A stretch of 64,000 nucleotides of DNA from an uncultured Clostridia bacterium (GTDB lineage Bacteria > Bacillota > Clostridia > Christensenellales > UBA1242): NCBI GenBank assembly GCA_944377165.1, contig CALWEJ010000001.1, positions 43,490 through 107,489 of the forward strand. The letters run 5' to 3'. The notes under the pieces were generated by a model, which searched no databases, had not been told where the DNA came from, and worked only from the letters and a program-made list of their open reading frames with translations. A program made the translations under genes and the position numbers. Positions 27,358-37,768 of the stretch are shown here, piece after piece (positions within the stretch are counted from its first letter, which is position 1; each line of letters opens with the position of its first letter).

Positions 27358-27386
27358 ATTATACTACATATAAAATTTTATGTCAA
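27358..27386 (-). promoter_or_regulatory. perfect-consensus sigma-A promoter of tRNA-Trp/rnhA
   Basis: On the minus strand: TTGACA-17-TATAAT, 10 nt before the tRNA 5' end. Confidence 0.7.
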
Positions 27387-27404
27387 CAATATAAATAAAA
27401 AGAT

Positions 27405-27441
27405 TAAAAATAGGAAGAAATATACTCTCTTCCTATTTCTA
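27405..27441 (-). terminator. rny intrinsic terminator
   Basis: ATAGGAAGA-9 nt-TCTTCCTAT stem with a T-run on the minus strand. Confidence 0.6.
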
Positions 27442-27479
27442 TTTATAAATTTTACATATGATTATAAAGTTTTCGTTAA

Positions 27480-29069
27480 TTACTTGGCAGTATCCGAGAA
27501 ACGTGATTCTCTAATTACATTAACTTTAATATGCCCTGGATACTCTAATTTGGCTTCAATTTCTTTTGCAATATCGTGAGCCAGAATTTGAGCTTCTTCG
27601 TCACTGATTTGCTCAGGTTTAACCATAACACGTATCTCTCTACCCGCTTGGATAGCATAAGTTTTTTCTACACCATTAAATGAATTTGCAATAGCCTCTA
27701 AGTCTTGCAATCTCTTAATGTAGTTTTCGATAGATTCACGTCTAGCGCCAGGTCTTGCGCTTGATATAGCATCGGCAGCTTGTACAAGTACCGCTTCTAT
27801 TGTCTTAGGTTCTACATCGTTATGATGCGCTTCAATACAGTGAATAACTGCTTCACTTTCTTTGTATTTTCTAGCAAGTTCTACACCGATTGAAACGTGT
27901 GTACCCTCAACTTCGTGGTCAACCGCTTTACCTAAATCGTGTAATAGACCTGCACGTCTAGCCACTTTTTCATTAGCACCGACTTCGGCAGCGAGCATTC
28001 CAGCTATGAATGAAACCTCTAACGAATGATTTAAAACATTTTGACCATAACTTGTACGATATTTCAATCTTCCTAAAACTTTTACGATCTCAGGATGTAT
28101 GTTGTGAATATCTGCGTCGAAGCAAGCATTTTCTCCGGCTTCTTTAATAGTTTCTTCAACATCTCTTTGAACTTTTTGAACTATTTCTTCAATGCGGGCA
28201 GGGTGAATTCTTCCGTCCAAAATTAATTTTTCTAGCGAAATACGCGCAACTTCTCTCCTTACAGGGTCAAATCCAGACAAAGTAATTGCTTCAGGAGTAT
28301 CGTCAACTATAAAATCAATGCCAGTTGCTGCTTCTAAAGCACGAATGTTTCGTCCTTCCCTACCAATAATACGACCTTTCATTTCTTCACTAGGCAAGGT
28401 GACAACACTTGTCGTCACTTCGCTGGTATTATCAACTGCGCATTTCTGTATTGCAAGGGTAATTATATTTCTTGCTTTCTTTTCTGCTTCTTCTTTCGCT
28501 TTATCTTCAATATCTTTAGCGATTTTTATTGCATCTATCTTCGCTTCTTCAGTGTAGCGGTCTATTATAACTTGTTTAGCTTCTTCTTTAGTCATAGCAC
28601 TAACTTTTTCAAGTTCTTTTACAATACTTTGTTGAAGTTCGTCCAATGCTTCTTCTTTAGAATTTAGTGCCGAGATTTGGTTTTGTACACGTTCTTTAGC
28701 TAACTCTAGTTCTTCAACTTTTTTATCTAAAGTAGTTTCTCGTTTTGTTAATAACTCTTCACGTGCGTATAATCGCTCTTCACTTCGCTTAGCTTCTTCC
28801 CTACGTTCTTTGTTTTCTTGTTCAAACGTAGATTTTAGAATACTGATTTCATTATTTGTTTGTTCAACTTGTTCTTTCTTTATTTTTTCTGCTTGTTTAT
28901 AAGCCTCATCAAGAATTTTATCTGCATTAGATTTAGCTGATTTAAATTTCTTATTTACAACAACAGCATAGACACCAATACCTGCACCTACACCTATTGC
29001 CAACATTATAATAGATAAAATCCATGCGACAGGGGTACTTACTACAAGCAAACTACTAATATTAAGCAT
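27480..29069 (-). CDS. rny: ribonuclease Y
   Basis: N-terminal TM helix, coiled coil, KH domain ([12 protein letters not shown]) and HD domain (LLHDLGKA). Confidence 0.95.
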   Translation of the reverse strand: MLNISSLLVVSTPVAWILSIIMLAIGVGAGIGVYAVVVNKKFKSAKSNADKILDEAYKQAEKIKKEQVEQTNNEISILKSTFEQENKERREEAKRSEERLYAREELLTKRETTLDKKVEELELAKERVQNQISALNSKEEALDELQQSIVKELEKVSAMTKEEAKQVIIDRYTEEAKIDAIKIAKDIEDKAKEEAEKKARNIITLAIQKCAVDNTSEVTTSVVTLPSEEMKGRIIGREGRNIRALEAATGIDFIVDDTPEAITLSGFDPVRREVARISLEKLILDGRIHPARIEEIVQKVQRDVEETIKEAGENACFDADIHNIHPEIVKVLGRLKYRTSYGQNVLNHSLEVSFIAGMLAAEVGANEKVARRAGLLHDLGKAVDHEVEGTHVSIGVELARKYKESEAVIHCIEAHHNDVEPKTIEAVLVQAADAISSARPGARRESIENYIKRLQDLEAIANSFNGVEKTYAIQAGREIRVMVKPEQISDEEAQILAHDIAKEIEAKLEYPGHIKVNVIRESRFSDTAK

Positions 29070-29106
29070 ATTTACCTACCTTTCTTGTCGCCTTTGCAAC
29101 ATAATA

Positions 29107-29136
29107 ATTATACAATATAAATTAGTCTTGTGTCAA
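29107..29136 (-). promoter_or_regulatory. sigma-A promoter of rny
   Basis: On the minus strand: TTGACA-18-TATAAT. The leader carries an AAAGGTAGG SD. Confidence 0.55.
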
Positions 29137-29189
29137 GAAAGTTAAACAAAATATACAATAAAAGGAAAAACTAAAAATATTTGTTAACA

Positions 29190-29222
29190 AAAAATTGTGT
29201 ATATAAATAATAATATACACTA
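29190..29222 (-). terminator. thiI terminator candidate
   Basis: GTGTATAT-8 nt-ATATACAC stem followed by a T-run on the minus strand. Confidence 0.45.
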
Positions 29223-29236
29223 TATGTAGAAAAATG

Positions 29237-30379
29237 TTATAATTCTATAACTTCAATGTTATCAATAACATATTTTAATAAAGACTCTAAATCAATTTTA
29301 GATTCCTCTTTTTGCGCATCTGCGACTTTAGGCTTTATAATAGGATTACGCGGTAAAAATACTGTACAGCAATCTTCATAAGGAAGAATACTCGTATTAT
29401 ATGTATTTATTTCTTTAGCAATTTTGATAATTTCTTCTTTATTAAAACTAATTAATGGTCTTAATACAGGGTATTTCGCTACTTCATTTGTTGTAGTTAA
29501 GCTTTCAATAGTTTGACTAGCAACTTGACCTAAACTTTCACCTGTAATAATAGTCTTATATTTATACTTATCACAAATCGCGTTCGCCACTCTAATCATT
29601 GACCTTCTAAGCAAATTAATAGCATATTCGCTTGAGCAGTGGATATGAAATTCTTCTTGCAACTTAGTCATAGAACAAATATACATATATTTTGCCCCTA
29701 TAATATTTTTAATTGTTCTAGCTAAAGTGATGACTTTTTCTTTAGCTTGCGGACTTGTATAAGGGAAACTATCAAAATGCAATATGTCTTGCCTTAAACC
29801 GCGTTTTGCCATACAAAATCCTGCTACCGGACTATCTATTCCTCCGCTTAGTAATAATAAACCGTCTCTAAACTCACCTAGTGGTAAACCTGAATATGTG
29901 TATATTATTTCGTGGAATATAAAAGTTTTCCCATTTTCTCTTATATCTACGTGTATAGTAATTTCTGGATTATGAATATCAACGTGTGCTTCGTTGTTAT
30001 TGTTTAATATTATTTCACCCAAATCAGCATTAAAATCATTCGATTTTATAGGAAAGGATTTGTCAGCTCTATTAACATCGCACTTAAAACTTTTACTAAT
30101 TTGAATTTTTGATATATAATACTTTATTAATTCTACGTCTGATTCAATCTCTACTGCTGGTGATATAGAATGAATACCAAATACAAATTTCAATGTATTA
30201 ATAATCTCATCTTCGTCAGCATAATTGCGCACAACGATTCTATTTTGAATATTCTCTATTTTACAATCGATGTCTTTTAATGCATATTTAATATTATTTA
30301 AAAGTAATTTAGTAAAATATTTTTTATTCCCACCTTTCAAGTGAATTTCATTGAAACGAATTAAAATAACTTTATTCAT
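29237..30379 (-). CDS. thiI: tRNA 4-thiouridine synthase ThiI
   Basis: THUMP-like N-terminus and a PP-loop (SGGIDSPVA). Confidence 0.9.
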   Translation of the reverse strand: MNKVILIRFNEIHLKGGNKKYFTKLLLNNIKYALKDIDCKIENIQNRIVVRNYADEDEIINTLKFVFGIHSISPAVEIESDVELIKYYISKIQISKSFKCDVNRADKSFPIKSNDFNADLGEIILNNNNEAHVDIHNPEITIHVDIRENGKTFIFHEIIYTYSGLPLGEFRDGLLLLSGGIDSPVAGFCMAKRGLRQDILHFDSFPYTSPQAKEKVITLARTIKNIIGAKYMYICSMTKLQEEFHIHCSSEYAINLLRRSMIRVANAICDKYKYKTIITGESLGQVASQTIESLTTTNEVAKYPVLRPLISFNKEEIIKIAKEINTYNTSILPYEDCCTVFLPRNPIIKPKVADAQKEESKIDLESLLKYVIDNIEVIEL

Positions 30380-31479
30380 CTATTTATCCTCTTTCTGTAT
30401 TCATTAACTGCTGTATTTAATGCTTCTGCAACGAGCTTGCAGTCTTCATTCGTTGCATCTTCAAAACTTAGTCTAATTGCTCCATTTATGTAGTCTTTGC
30501 CAACTAATTGTGAAACTACTCTGTTTACTCCAGCTTTACTATTACACGCCGAACCTGTACCAATTAATATACCTTTATCTTCTAGCATATGCTGTATTGT
30601 TTCTCCGCGCACTCCTTTAAAGCATATCGATATAATATTATCAACACAATTTTCGTTTGAAACTAGCACATAATCGCATTGTAAATTATTTATTAATGTA
30701 TTTTTTTGTTCAGAGTAATTTCTTATCTTAGTATCTTTAAGTGCCGTTATAAAAGCAAGAATTGCTGGAATATTCTCTGTGCCTGAACGTAAATTATTCT
30801 CCTGTCCGCCACCTATTACGAATGGCTTAAATCTATTTATATTTTTTATATAAAGCGCACCCACTCCTTTAGGTCCGTGAATTTTATGAGCTGAAATGGT
30901 ATAAAAATCAACGCCTAATTCTTTTAAATTTATATTTAGTTTACCTACTGCTTGTACACCATCTGCGTGAACGAAAGCATTTGGGCTTATCTCTTTAGTT
31001 AATTCGACTACTTTCTTGATATCATTTATCGCACCTGTTTCATTGCTAACGTGTATGCACGACACTAAGGCTACCGATGGATCTAACTCTTTTTTTAGTT
31101 CATCCATATTAATAGACCCATTAGATAAAAGTGGAATAAATTTAACATTGTACCCTTTCTCTAGGTACATTTTAGCTGTTTCATAAACCGAACTATGTTC
31201 TCCTGCACTAAATATGTACTTCTTATCTTTCCTTGTAATACAACTATTTAAAACTGTATTATTTGATTCAGTCGCACTACCCGTAAATACAAAGTAAGAA
31301 TTTAGCGGACAATTAAAATACTTTATTAAAAAAGAACGTGCGTCTTCAAGTAATTTCTTTGACTCCAATGCTAAAGAATATAGCGCACTTGGGTTATAAA
31401 AATTCTCGCTAGCTTTTATATATGAATCTAGTGCTGATTTAGAGATTTTTGTTGTAGAAGCATTATCAAAATATAACAT
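30376..31479 (-). CDS. cysteine desulfurase (NifS/IscS family)
   Basis: PLP-lysine motif SAHKIHGPKG and the active-site loop GSACNS. Confidence 0.85.
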   Translation of the reverse strand: MLYFDNASTTKISKSALDSYIKASENFYNPSALYSLALESKKLLEDARSFLIKYFNCPLNSYFVFTGSATESNNTVLNSCITRKDKKYIFSAGEHSSVYETAKMYLEKGYNVKFIPLLSNGSINMDELKKELDPSVALVSCIHVSNETGAINDIKKVVELTKEISPNAFVHADGVQAVGKLNINLKELGVDFYTISAHKIHGPKGVGALYIKNINRFKPFVIGGGQENNLRSGTENIPAILAFITALKDTKIRNYSEQKNTLINNLQCDYVLVSNENCVDNIISICFKGVRGETIQHMLEDKGILIGTGSACNSKAGVNRVVSQLVGKDYINGAIRLSFEDATNEDCKLVAEALNTAVNEYRKRINR

Positions 31480-31485
31480 ATGATT

Positions 31486-31514
31486 ATTATAACATAATAA
31501 TTTAATTTCTACAA
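31486..31514 (-). promoter_or_regulatory. promoter of the desulfurase-thiI operon (leaderless geometry)
   Basis: On the minus strand: TTGTAG-17-TGT-TATAAT, ending 6 nt before ATG 31479. No SD. Confidence 0.5.
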
Positions 31515-31621
31515 TAAAATTTTTAACTTTTATTAATTATAATAATTATTACCTATTAACTTTCTTATCTGTTTTACTTAATATCATTATTTATTTGAAT
31601 AATACGGTTATTATCTTAATT

Positions 31622-32272
31622 TTATGGTACAAGATTTAAGGATTCGCCTAGACTTCCACCGTTTAGATATACTTCAGGCACTTTACCAACTATTATACTC
31701 TCGGCTAACATAACTTGATTAGTAGAATATATTTCATACGATTTAATTGGCAAAACTATACTAACGTGTACATTGATATATAAATATAGTGTATGCTTTG
31801 TCATATTAATACCTACTGAATCAAAATTACTAACAAAATTACTGCTCACTGCGCCAATAGGCACTAATTTTAGTGTAATTGCTGGTCCTCTGCCTATAAA
31901 AAATGGTATTCCGCTAAATGTCCCTATATTAATCTTTAACCCATCTTCCCCTAGAGTATTCATCTGTAATTGTGTTTCTTTAACTATTTCCCTTGTGATA
32001 CTATTTATTTCGTATTGGTTTGCTGAAAACGATGAAATCTCACCATTTACATTATAATTAATATCAATTAAAGAGTCATAACTAAGCGTTCTATTGACTA
32101 CATTACTCACTGCCATATTTACCGCTTTTTCTGTTAGTTCACGCGTCTTAGAAGATGTATATGTTTTAATTACGGGACTCATAACCCCAAAATAATAAAA
32201 TAAAATCATTATAAATGCAAAAAATAGGAATATAATAATTTTAATTTTCTTCCTATCAAATTGCATTCTCAT
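31622..32272 (-). CDS. yunB: sporulation protein YunB
   Basis: N-terminal anchor plus YunB-like core (..INIGTFSGIPFFIGRGP..LVPIG..). Confidence 0.75.
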   Translation of the reverse strand: MRMQFDRKKIKIIIFLFFAFIMILFYYFGVMSPVIKTYTSSKTRELTEKAVNMAVSNVVNRTLSYDSLIDINYNVNGEISSFSANQYEINSITREIVKETQLQMNTLGEDGLKINIGTFSGIPFFIGRGPAITLKLVPIGAVSSNFVSNFDSVGINMTKHTLYLYINVHVSIVLPIKSYEIYSTNQVMLAESIIVGKVPEVYLNGGSLGESLNLVP

Positions 32273-32331
32273 ATTTTAATGTATTAATAAAAATTTTAAA
32301 TATTTAATTTCGTGCTTTTATGACAAAAACT

Positions 32332-32709
32332 TCAATGCCCTCCTCGTTTCGTTTTACTGCTGAAAATAAGCGCAAAAATGAATGAAGCAAATATTGCCAT
32401 AGCTATACCGCCACTTGCTGCTGTAAGCCCGCCTGTAAAGATGCCTATGAGCCCATATTCTTTAGATGCCATAATTGCACCACGCGCCAAACTAGCTCCG
32501 AACCCTATAATAGGAACAGTTGCGCCAGCTTTTGCAAACTCTTTAAATGGTGCATAAACGTTAAACACTTCTAATACCATACCAATAATCAAAAATAGCA
32601 CTAAAATTCTAGCAGTCGTAATCTTAGTCCTTATTACAAGTATTTGACCTAAAAAACAAATAAATCCGCCAACTAAAAACGATATTACATAATCCCAAAT
32701 ATTTATCAT
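32332..32709 (-). CDS. spoVAE: stage V sporulation protein AE (SpoVAEB-type)
   Basis: SpoVAC/AE membrane family, positioned after spoVAD. Confidence 0.8.
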   Translation of the reverse strand: MINIWDYVISFLVGGFICFLGQILVIRTKITTARILVLFLIIGMVLEVFNVYAPFKEFAKAGATVPIIGFGASLARGAIMASKEYGLIGIFTGGLTAASGGIAMAIFASFIFALIFSSKTKRGGH

Positions 32710-32736
32710 ATAATCTCCTTAATATTTTTTCTATGG

Positions 32737-33813
32737 TTAACTTTTTCTTTTCGAGTGTTTATTTTCTTTTAGTTTGTTAGATTTTGACCTTTGTTTATTA
32801 TTCGAATTTGATTTACTATCTTTTCCAACATATTCAAGTTCAACTGCGTGTGCTATTCCGGGTATCGTATCGCCTTGTTGAGCAGTTGTTGTGCTCATAA
32901 GTGCACCTGTAGAAACTAATAAAACACGTTTGAATTCCCCAGCATTTAATTTGTGTAATATATATGAATTAAGTACACTAGCACTACATCCAGCACCGCT
33001 CCCGCCCATAAATACACGTTGAGTTTTATTAAACATCATACAGCCACAATCAGCATAATTTTTCCCTAAAATAATGTCCCTTTGTTCCATTAAATCTATT
33101 AAAATTTCGCTACCCAACTTTCCTAAATCTCCAGTAGCTATAAAATCATAATCGTTTGATTTTGCTTTCATATTAGTCAAATGTGTGCATATTGTATCTG
33201 ATGCAGCAGGAGCCATTGCAGCACCCATATTATTTACATCATCTATCCCATAATCAATAACTTTACCAAAAGTCACTGCGCTAATTCTAACATTGCTAGG
33301 TAGTTTTGATATTACACTAGCGCCACCGCCTGTAATTGTCCATTGTGCAGTAGGCGGACGCTGATTTCCTAATTCAAGCGGAAATCTGTATTGCCTTTCT
33401 GCGCTACTGAAATGTGTGCACGTTCCTGCGATAACATTACTAGCTAATCCATTGTCTATAAAAATGGCAGATAATGCTAATGCTTCTGCCATAGTAGCAC
33501 AAGCAGAATACATACCTATAAACGGAAGACTTAATTCTCTAGCAGTGAATGAAGAACTTACTATCTGATTAAGTAAATCTCCGCCGAAGAAAAATTCAAT
33601 ATCGCTTTTTGTTAGTCCTGATTTTTCTATTGCTCCGTTAATAATGTCTAAAAGAAGTCGCCTTTCACTTTTTTCGAAAGTCTTTTCTTTTAATGTATCA
33701 TCTTTCAAAATGTAATCAAAATAATCTTTTAATGGTCCTTCGCCTTCTAAAGGCCCAACCATACTAAAACCATTTAATAAATATACTGGGTTTTTAATTT
33801 TTATTGTTTGCAT
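32737..33813 (-). CDS. spoVAD: stage V sporulation protein AD, with a Lys/Ser/Asn-rich C-terminal tail
   Basis: Thiolase-like SpoVAD core (MQTIKIKNPVYLL..GPLEGEGPL). AGGGGA SD before ATG 33813. The ORF-track N-terminal extension overlaps spoVAC. Confidence 0.9.
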   Translation of the reverse strand: MQTIKIKNPVYLLNGFSMVGPLEGEGPLKDYFDYILKDDTLKEKTFEKSERRLLLDIINGAIEKSGLTKSDIEFFFGGDLLNQIVSSSFTARELSLPFIGMYSACATMAEALALSAIFIDNGLASNVIAGTCTHFSSAERQYRFPLELGNQRPPTAQWTITGGGASVISKLPSNVRISAVTFGKVIDYGIDDVNNMGAAMAPAASDTICTHLTNMKAKSNDYDFIATGDLGKLGSEILIDLMEQRDIILGKNYADCGCMMFNKTQRVFMGGSGAGCSASVLNSYILHKLNAGEFKRVLLVSTGALMSTTTAQQGDTIPGIAHAVELEYVGKDSKSNSNNKQRSKSNKLKENKHSKRKS

Positions 33814-33821
33814 AATATCCC

Positions 33822-34268
33822 CTATATAAATAAACCTATAAATCCCGCAATAATTGACCCTACTACACCGCAAACAATTACTGGTCCGGCTATTGTAAAC
33901 ATTTTTACGCAAATGCCATAAATTATTCCTTCCTTTTTAAACTCAATAGCTGGACTTGATATTGAGTTAGAAAATCCAGTTATAGGTATGACTGAACCAG
34001 CCCCGCCCCAAGCTCCTATTACGTCGTAAATGCCAACTCCTGTTAAGAAGCAAGTAATAAATATTATAGTCATCAACATACACGTACTTGTTTCACTTTC
34101 TGATAGATTAGGGAAAAAATAAGAATATAAATCAAAAAAGCCTTGTCCTAAAGCACAAATTAATCCGCCTAATAAAAAAGCTTTAAACAACGACGGCCAC
34201 GCTTTTGTTTTAGGTACTTTAGATTCTACATATAATTTATAATTAGTATTTCTTTTATTTTCATCCAT
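33822..34268 (-). CDS. spoVAC: stage V sporulation protein AC
   Basis: ..FLLGGLICALGQ.. SpoVAC signature. The TTG at 34304 reads as the -35 of TTGATT-17-TAAACA, which ends 7 nt before ATG 34268. Confidence 0.85.
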   Translation of the reverse strand: MDENKRNTNYKLYVESKVPKTKAWPSLFKAFLLGGLICALGQGFFDLYSYFFPNLSESETSTCMLMTIIFITCFLTGVGIYDVIGAWGGAGSVIPITGFSNSISSPAIEFKKEGIIYGICVKMFTIAGPVIVCGVVGSIIAGFIGLFI

Positions 34269-34443
34269 ATTTAAATGTTTAACAAAGTTTTTAATTTTAA
34301 TCAAAAATGACTGTTAATGTTAAAAAATTTTTAAAAATTTTAAAAAATCTATAAATTAAATGAGTTTTTGCTTGTTTTTAACAAATTTTTTTTAAAATAA
34401 ATAAATTTTATATTTCGTTGCAAACTATACTCGAGGTGAAAAT

Positions 34444-36168
34444 ATGAAAAAATTTATACCATTATTAACAATTTTAGGAGTAAGTACTGCATTGTTTTCT
34501 GGTTGCAATATAAGCGTTGCCAAAACAGGAGATAACACTTTAGAAGAAAATCTAAAGACATTTCAAAGCCAAGTTGACGAATATTCAACAGCGCACAATT
34601 CAGGAATTCAAAAAACAATTTTAAACAAATATAGTTTAACTTTCCCTTTAAATGATAGCATACTTAGTTCTAGTGAAGAAAAACCAATAAATGATAATCT
34701 TAACGATGGAATTGCGACACTACCTTATTTTGATGAAGAAACGAAATTAGAATTGGAAAAAGAAAAAAATAATCAAACTAGCAATAACCCATCTATGAAT
34801 ATTGCATCTAATATTGACTCAAACAAAACTATTACTCCTCTAGAAAATGAAACAAATACTGAAATAAATAGTACATTAACTGATAATACTACTTCAATAG
34901 ATAATAACAATAATTTAGATGATTCTATTGAAATACCTAACGACAATTTAAATGATACAAATAATACTGCAAATAATGAGACTAATGAAAATCTAAATAA
35001 CCCAGATAATAACTCTAATAATTCTACTTTAGAGAATGAAAATGATACAAATGAAAATACTTTAGATTCAATATCTACTCTTTACTCTATCTCTAGCGAT
35101 ATAGACGCAAACTGTGAAGATTTTTGCGAACTAAAAGATAATATTACAGATGCTATAATAGAAACTCAAAATTTAATTACAAAATTGCAGAATAAAGAAA
35201 TAGAATTAACACCTGAACAAAAATTATTTGTTAGTATGCAATCAAATCAATTAAAAAGTCTATCAAAGCAACTTAGTAAAATTACTTCCGAATTAAATTT
35301 TAACTTAAGTGACGTAGCTGATATTATGCGTAGTGAAAATGGACAAGTTGACAATTTAACTTTAAAATATCTAGTAATACTTGATAATTTAATTAATGGA
35401 AATGATATGTTAAGAAATGGGTTAAGTTCGCTTAATATGATTAATCACATTTTTAACTCAGATATGATTGTCCCTCCTAATAATTCAGGTAGAATACTTT
35501 ATGGCTTTAAAACGAATAATAATGACCCTATTATTAGAGATTATTTAATAGATAATAATGGAAATATCGTCGAAAATAAAACGACTGACAACAACGGCAA
35601 TGTGCAAGATAACGAAACAAATGAAAGCAATCTAGATAACTCAAGCAATGTTAATAATTCCAATATTGATACTTACCAAAATAATAAATTATCTTCGAAT
35701 ATTGACACTTTTTATAATAAAAACTATAAAAATATTGACACTTTCTTCAACACTGCTTGGTTAAATAATATGAAGAATTACAATGGTAATTATATGAACA
35801 ACTATAACAATTTTGATAATCCATACGCAAATTTACCTATGGGACAACCAAATTATTATCCTGAGAATCCAAATGCAAGAACTAATCAAGATACTACAGA
35901 AAGTGTAAATAATGCTAATAATACACAAAATAGTGATAATAATAAACCAGTAAAACAACCAAGAAAAAAATTTAACATATCTAAAAATATTGACACTTAT
36001 AGGACTGAAAACACACCATCATTATCTACTCGTTTTAAGAATTTCAAAGCATCAATTAAAAAGTTTTTTGATAAATCAACTGATAAAGGCATAGAAAATC
36101 CTATTCACAATTTAAATAAAGATGACGCACATACAAATGAAACAATTGAAAAAGCTAATAAACAATAA
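34444..36168 (+). CDS. N/D/T-rich low-complexity lipoprotein, unknown function
   Basis: Signal peptide with lipobox (LFSGC) and a GAGGTG SD. Long Asn-rich repeats. Confidence 0.6.
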   Translation: MKKFIPLLTILGVSTALFSGCNISVAKTGDNTLEENLKTFQSQVDEYSTAHNSGIQKTILNKYSLTFPLNDSILSSSEEKPINDNLNDGIATLPYFDEETKLELEKEKNNQTSNNPSMNIASNIDSNKTITPLENETNTEINSTLTDNTTSIDNNNNLDDSIEIPNDNLNDTNNTANNETNENLNNPDNNSNNSTLENENDTNENTLDSISTLYSISSDIDANCEDFCELKDNITDAIIETQNLITKLQNKEIELTPEQKLFVSMQSNQLKSLSKQLSKITSELNFNLSDVADIMRSENGQVDNLTLKYLVILDNLINGNDMLRNGLSSLNMINHIFNSDMIVPPNNSGRILYGFKTNNNDPIIRDYLIDNNGNIVENKTTDNNGNVQDNETNESNLDNSSNVNNSNIDTYQNNKLSSNIDTFYNKNYKNIDTFFNTAWLNNMKNYNGNYMNNYNNFDNPYANLPMGQPNYYPENPNARTNQDTTESVNNANNTQNSDNNKPVKQPRKKFNISKNIDTYRTENTPSLSTRFKNFKASIKKFFDKSTDKGIENPIHNLNKDDAHTNETIEKANKQ

Positions 36169-36218
36169 CCCCCCCGCAAATTTAAAAATGGTGACAATGT
36201 TAAATCGTTTTTAAACTA

Positions 36219-36260
36219 AAAAAAGAAAAAGGGACTTAAAAATAGTAAGTTCCTTTTTTA
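36219..36260. terminator. bidirectional terminator between the lipoprotein gene and sigF
   Basis: AGGGACTT..AAGTTCCT imperfect stem flanked by A- and T-runs. Confidence 0.5.
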
Positions 36261-36291
36261 TCTTTTCATAAATATTTGATTGAAATATATT

Positions 36292-37014
36292 TCAAACATT
36301 TATCTCATCTTTTAGTTGTTTTAATACTTTGTTTTCAATTCTACTAACTTGAACTTGACTCACCCCCAATTCATTCGCTATCTCGCTTTGCGTTTTATCT
36401 AAGTAATACCGCATTATGATAATTTGTTTTTCTCGTGCGGTTAACTTTTCTATCATTTCACGTATTGTTAGCTTATCAAAGTAGTTATCTGGAGAAAAAT
36501 TATCAGCAAGTTTATCAAGAATTGTTGTAGAATCTTCTTCATCTGCATAGCGCTCATTTAATGATAATGTAGCGGTATTTGCATCTAATATAAATACAAT
36601 ATCTTCCTTTGACATATTGTAAACTTTACATAAGTGTTCTAGCGACGGATTTTCGCCGTGTTTTAAAGTGTAATCGTATATATAATTTTTTATCTGAACG
36701 GCATTATGCTTAATACTTCGTGACACTTTCACCGAGCCGTCATCGCGCAAAAATCTTTTAATTTCTCCCGCTATCATAGGGACTGCATATGTCGTAAATT
36801 TTACATTGAAATTAGGGTCATAATTTTTTATAGCTTTAACAAATCCTAACGCCCCTAACTGATACAAATCGTCATATTCAATACCCTTATTTAAATATCG
36901 TTTTACTATACTTTTTATTAGCGGAGAATTGAATGTAATTAATTTTTCTTTTGCTAAATCGTCGCCATTCTTTGCCTGAGTTATCAATTCGTAGGTTTGT
37001 TCATTTGATAGCAT
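36292..37014 (-). CDS. sigF: sporulation sigma factor SigF
   Basis: Sigma-70 regions 2-4. It is the third gene of spoIIAA-spoIIAB-sigF. Confidence 0.9.
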   Translation of the reverse strand: MLSNEQTYELITQAKNGDDLAKEKLITFNSPLIKSIVKRYLNKGIEYDDLYQLGALGFVKAIKNYDPNFNVKFTTYAVPMIAGEIKRFLRDDGSVKVSRSIKHNAVQIKNYIYDYTLKHGENPSLEHLCKVYNMSKEDIVFILDANTATLSLNERYADEEDSTTILDKLADNFSPDNYFDKLTIREMIEKLTAREKQIIIMRYYLDKTQSEIANELGVSQVQVSRIENKVLKQLKDEINV

Positions 37015-37015
37015 A

Positions 37016-37444
37016 TTAAATCCCCACGACAGATTGTTCTATTTCTTTCTCCATATTAACCATTAACCCGTTATGATTTTTTACTTCTAATTTATCCATA
37101 AAACTTTCCATCACTGTGAACCCCATACCGCTACGTTCTTCATCTGGTTTGCTTGTGTAAAAAGGAGTTAATGCGCGCTCTATGTCTTGAATTCCTACTC
37201 CATTATCACTAATTGATATTTTAACTTTGTTTCCGATAGTTGAAATTTTCATATTTACATAGCCAACTTTATCTGGATATGCGTGAACAATAACATTCGT
37301 TATTGCTTCATTGACCGCGGTTTTAATGTCAGATAATTCACTTAAACTTGGATTAAGTGGCAGAATAAAACTAGCGACAACATTTCTTGCAAATGCTTCA
37401 TTTTCAGCTATAGCTTTAAATTTTATTTCCATACTATTATTCAT
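37016..37444 (-). CDS. spoIIAB: anti-sigma F factor (Ser kinase) SpoIIAB
   Basis: HATPase_c N-box/G-box (EAITNVIVHAY, DNGVGI, GMGF). Confidence 0.9.
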   Translation of the reverse strand: MNNSMEIKFKAIAENEAFARNVVASFILPLNPSLSELSDIKTAVNEAITNVIVHAYPDKVGYVNMKISTIGNKVKISISDNGVGIQDIERALTPFYTSKPDEERSGMGFTVMESFMDKLEVKNHNGLMVNMEKEIEQSVVGI

Positions 37445-37456
37445 TTTTTAACTCCT

Positions 37457-37768
37457 TTAAACTATTTTTGGCATAATTTCATATAAGCCAGACATCTTAA
37501 AAATGCGCTCAGCATTTCGACTAGGATTTGTTATAAATATAGGTTTGTTGTATTCTCTCATTTTTTTATATCTACCAATTAGAACACCTACTCCCGTACT
37601 ATCCATAAAAGTCAATTCACTTAAATCCATTACAATTTGGACAAATCCTTTTTCCGTATCAAACAATGTATCTAAATTTTTTCTAACACCTTGTGCCGTG
37701 TATTCATCAAGTTCGCCCGATAATAGCACATATAATGTTTTGTTTACAATTCGCGATTTTATTTGCAT
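37457..37768 (-). CDS. spoIIAA: anti-sigma F factor antagonist SpoIIAA
   Basis: STAS domain with the phosphorylatable Ser context FMDSTGVGVLIG. Confidence 0.9.
   Translation of the reverse strand: MQIKSRIVNKTLYVLLSGELDEYTAQGVRKNLDTLFDTEKGFVQIVMDLSELTFMDSTGVGVLIGRYKKMREYNKPIFITNPSRNAERIFKMSGLYEIMPKIV

Noticed and set aside
27361-27388. A dif-like 28-mer, ATACTACATAT-AAAATT-TTATGTCAACA. Its right arm matches the Bacillus XerD arm TTATGTAAACT at 9 of 11 positions, and it lies close to the polarity switch.
   Set aside because: On the minus strand the same bases form a perfect TTGACA-17-TATAAT promoter, correctly placed 10 nt upstream of tRNA-Trp. The left arm matches dif poorly. The promoter explains the sequence fully.
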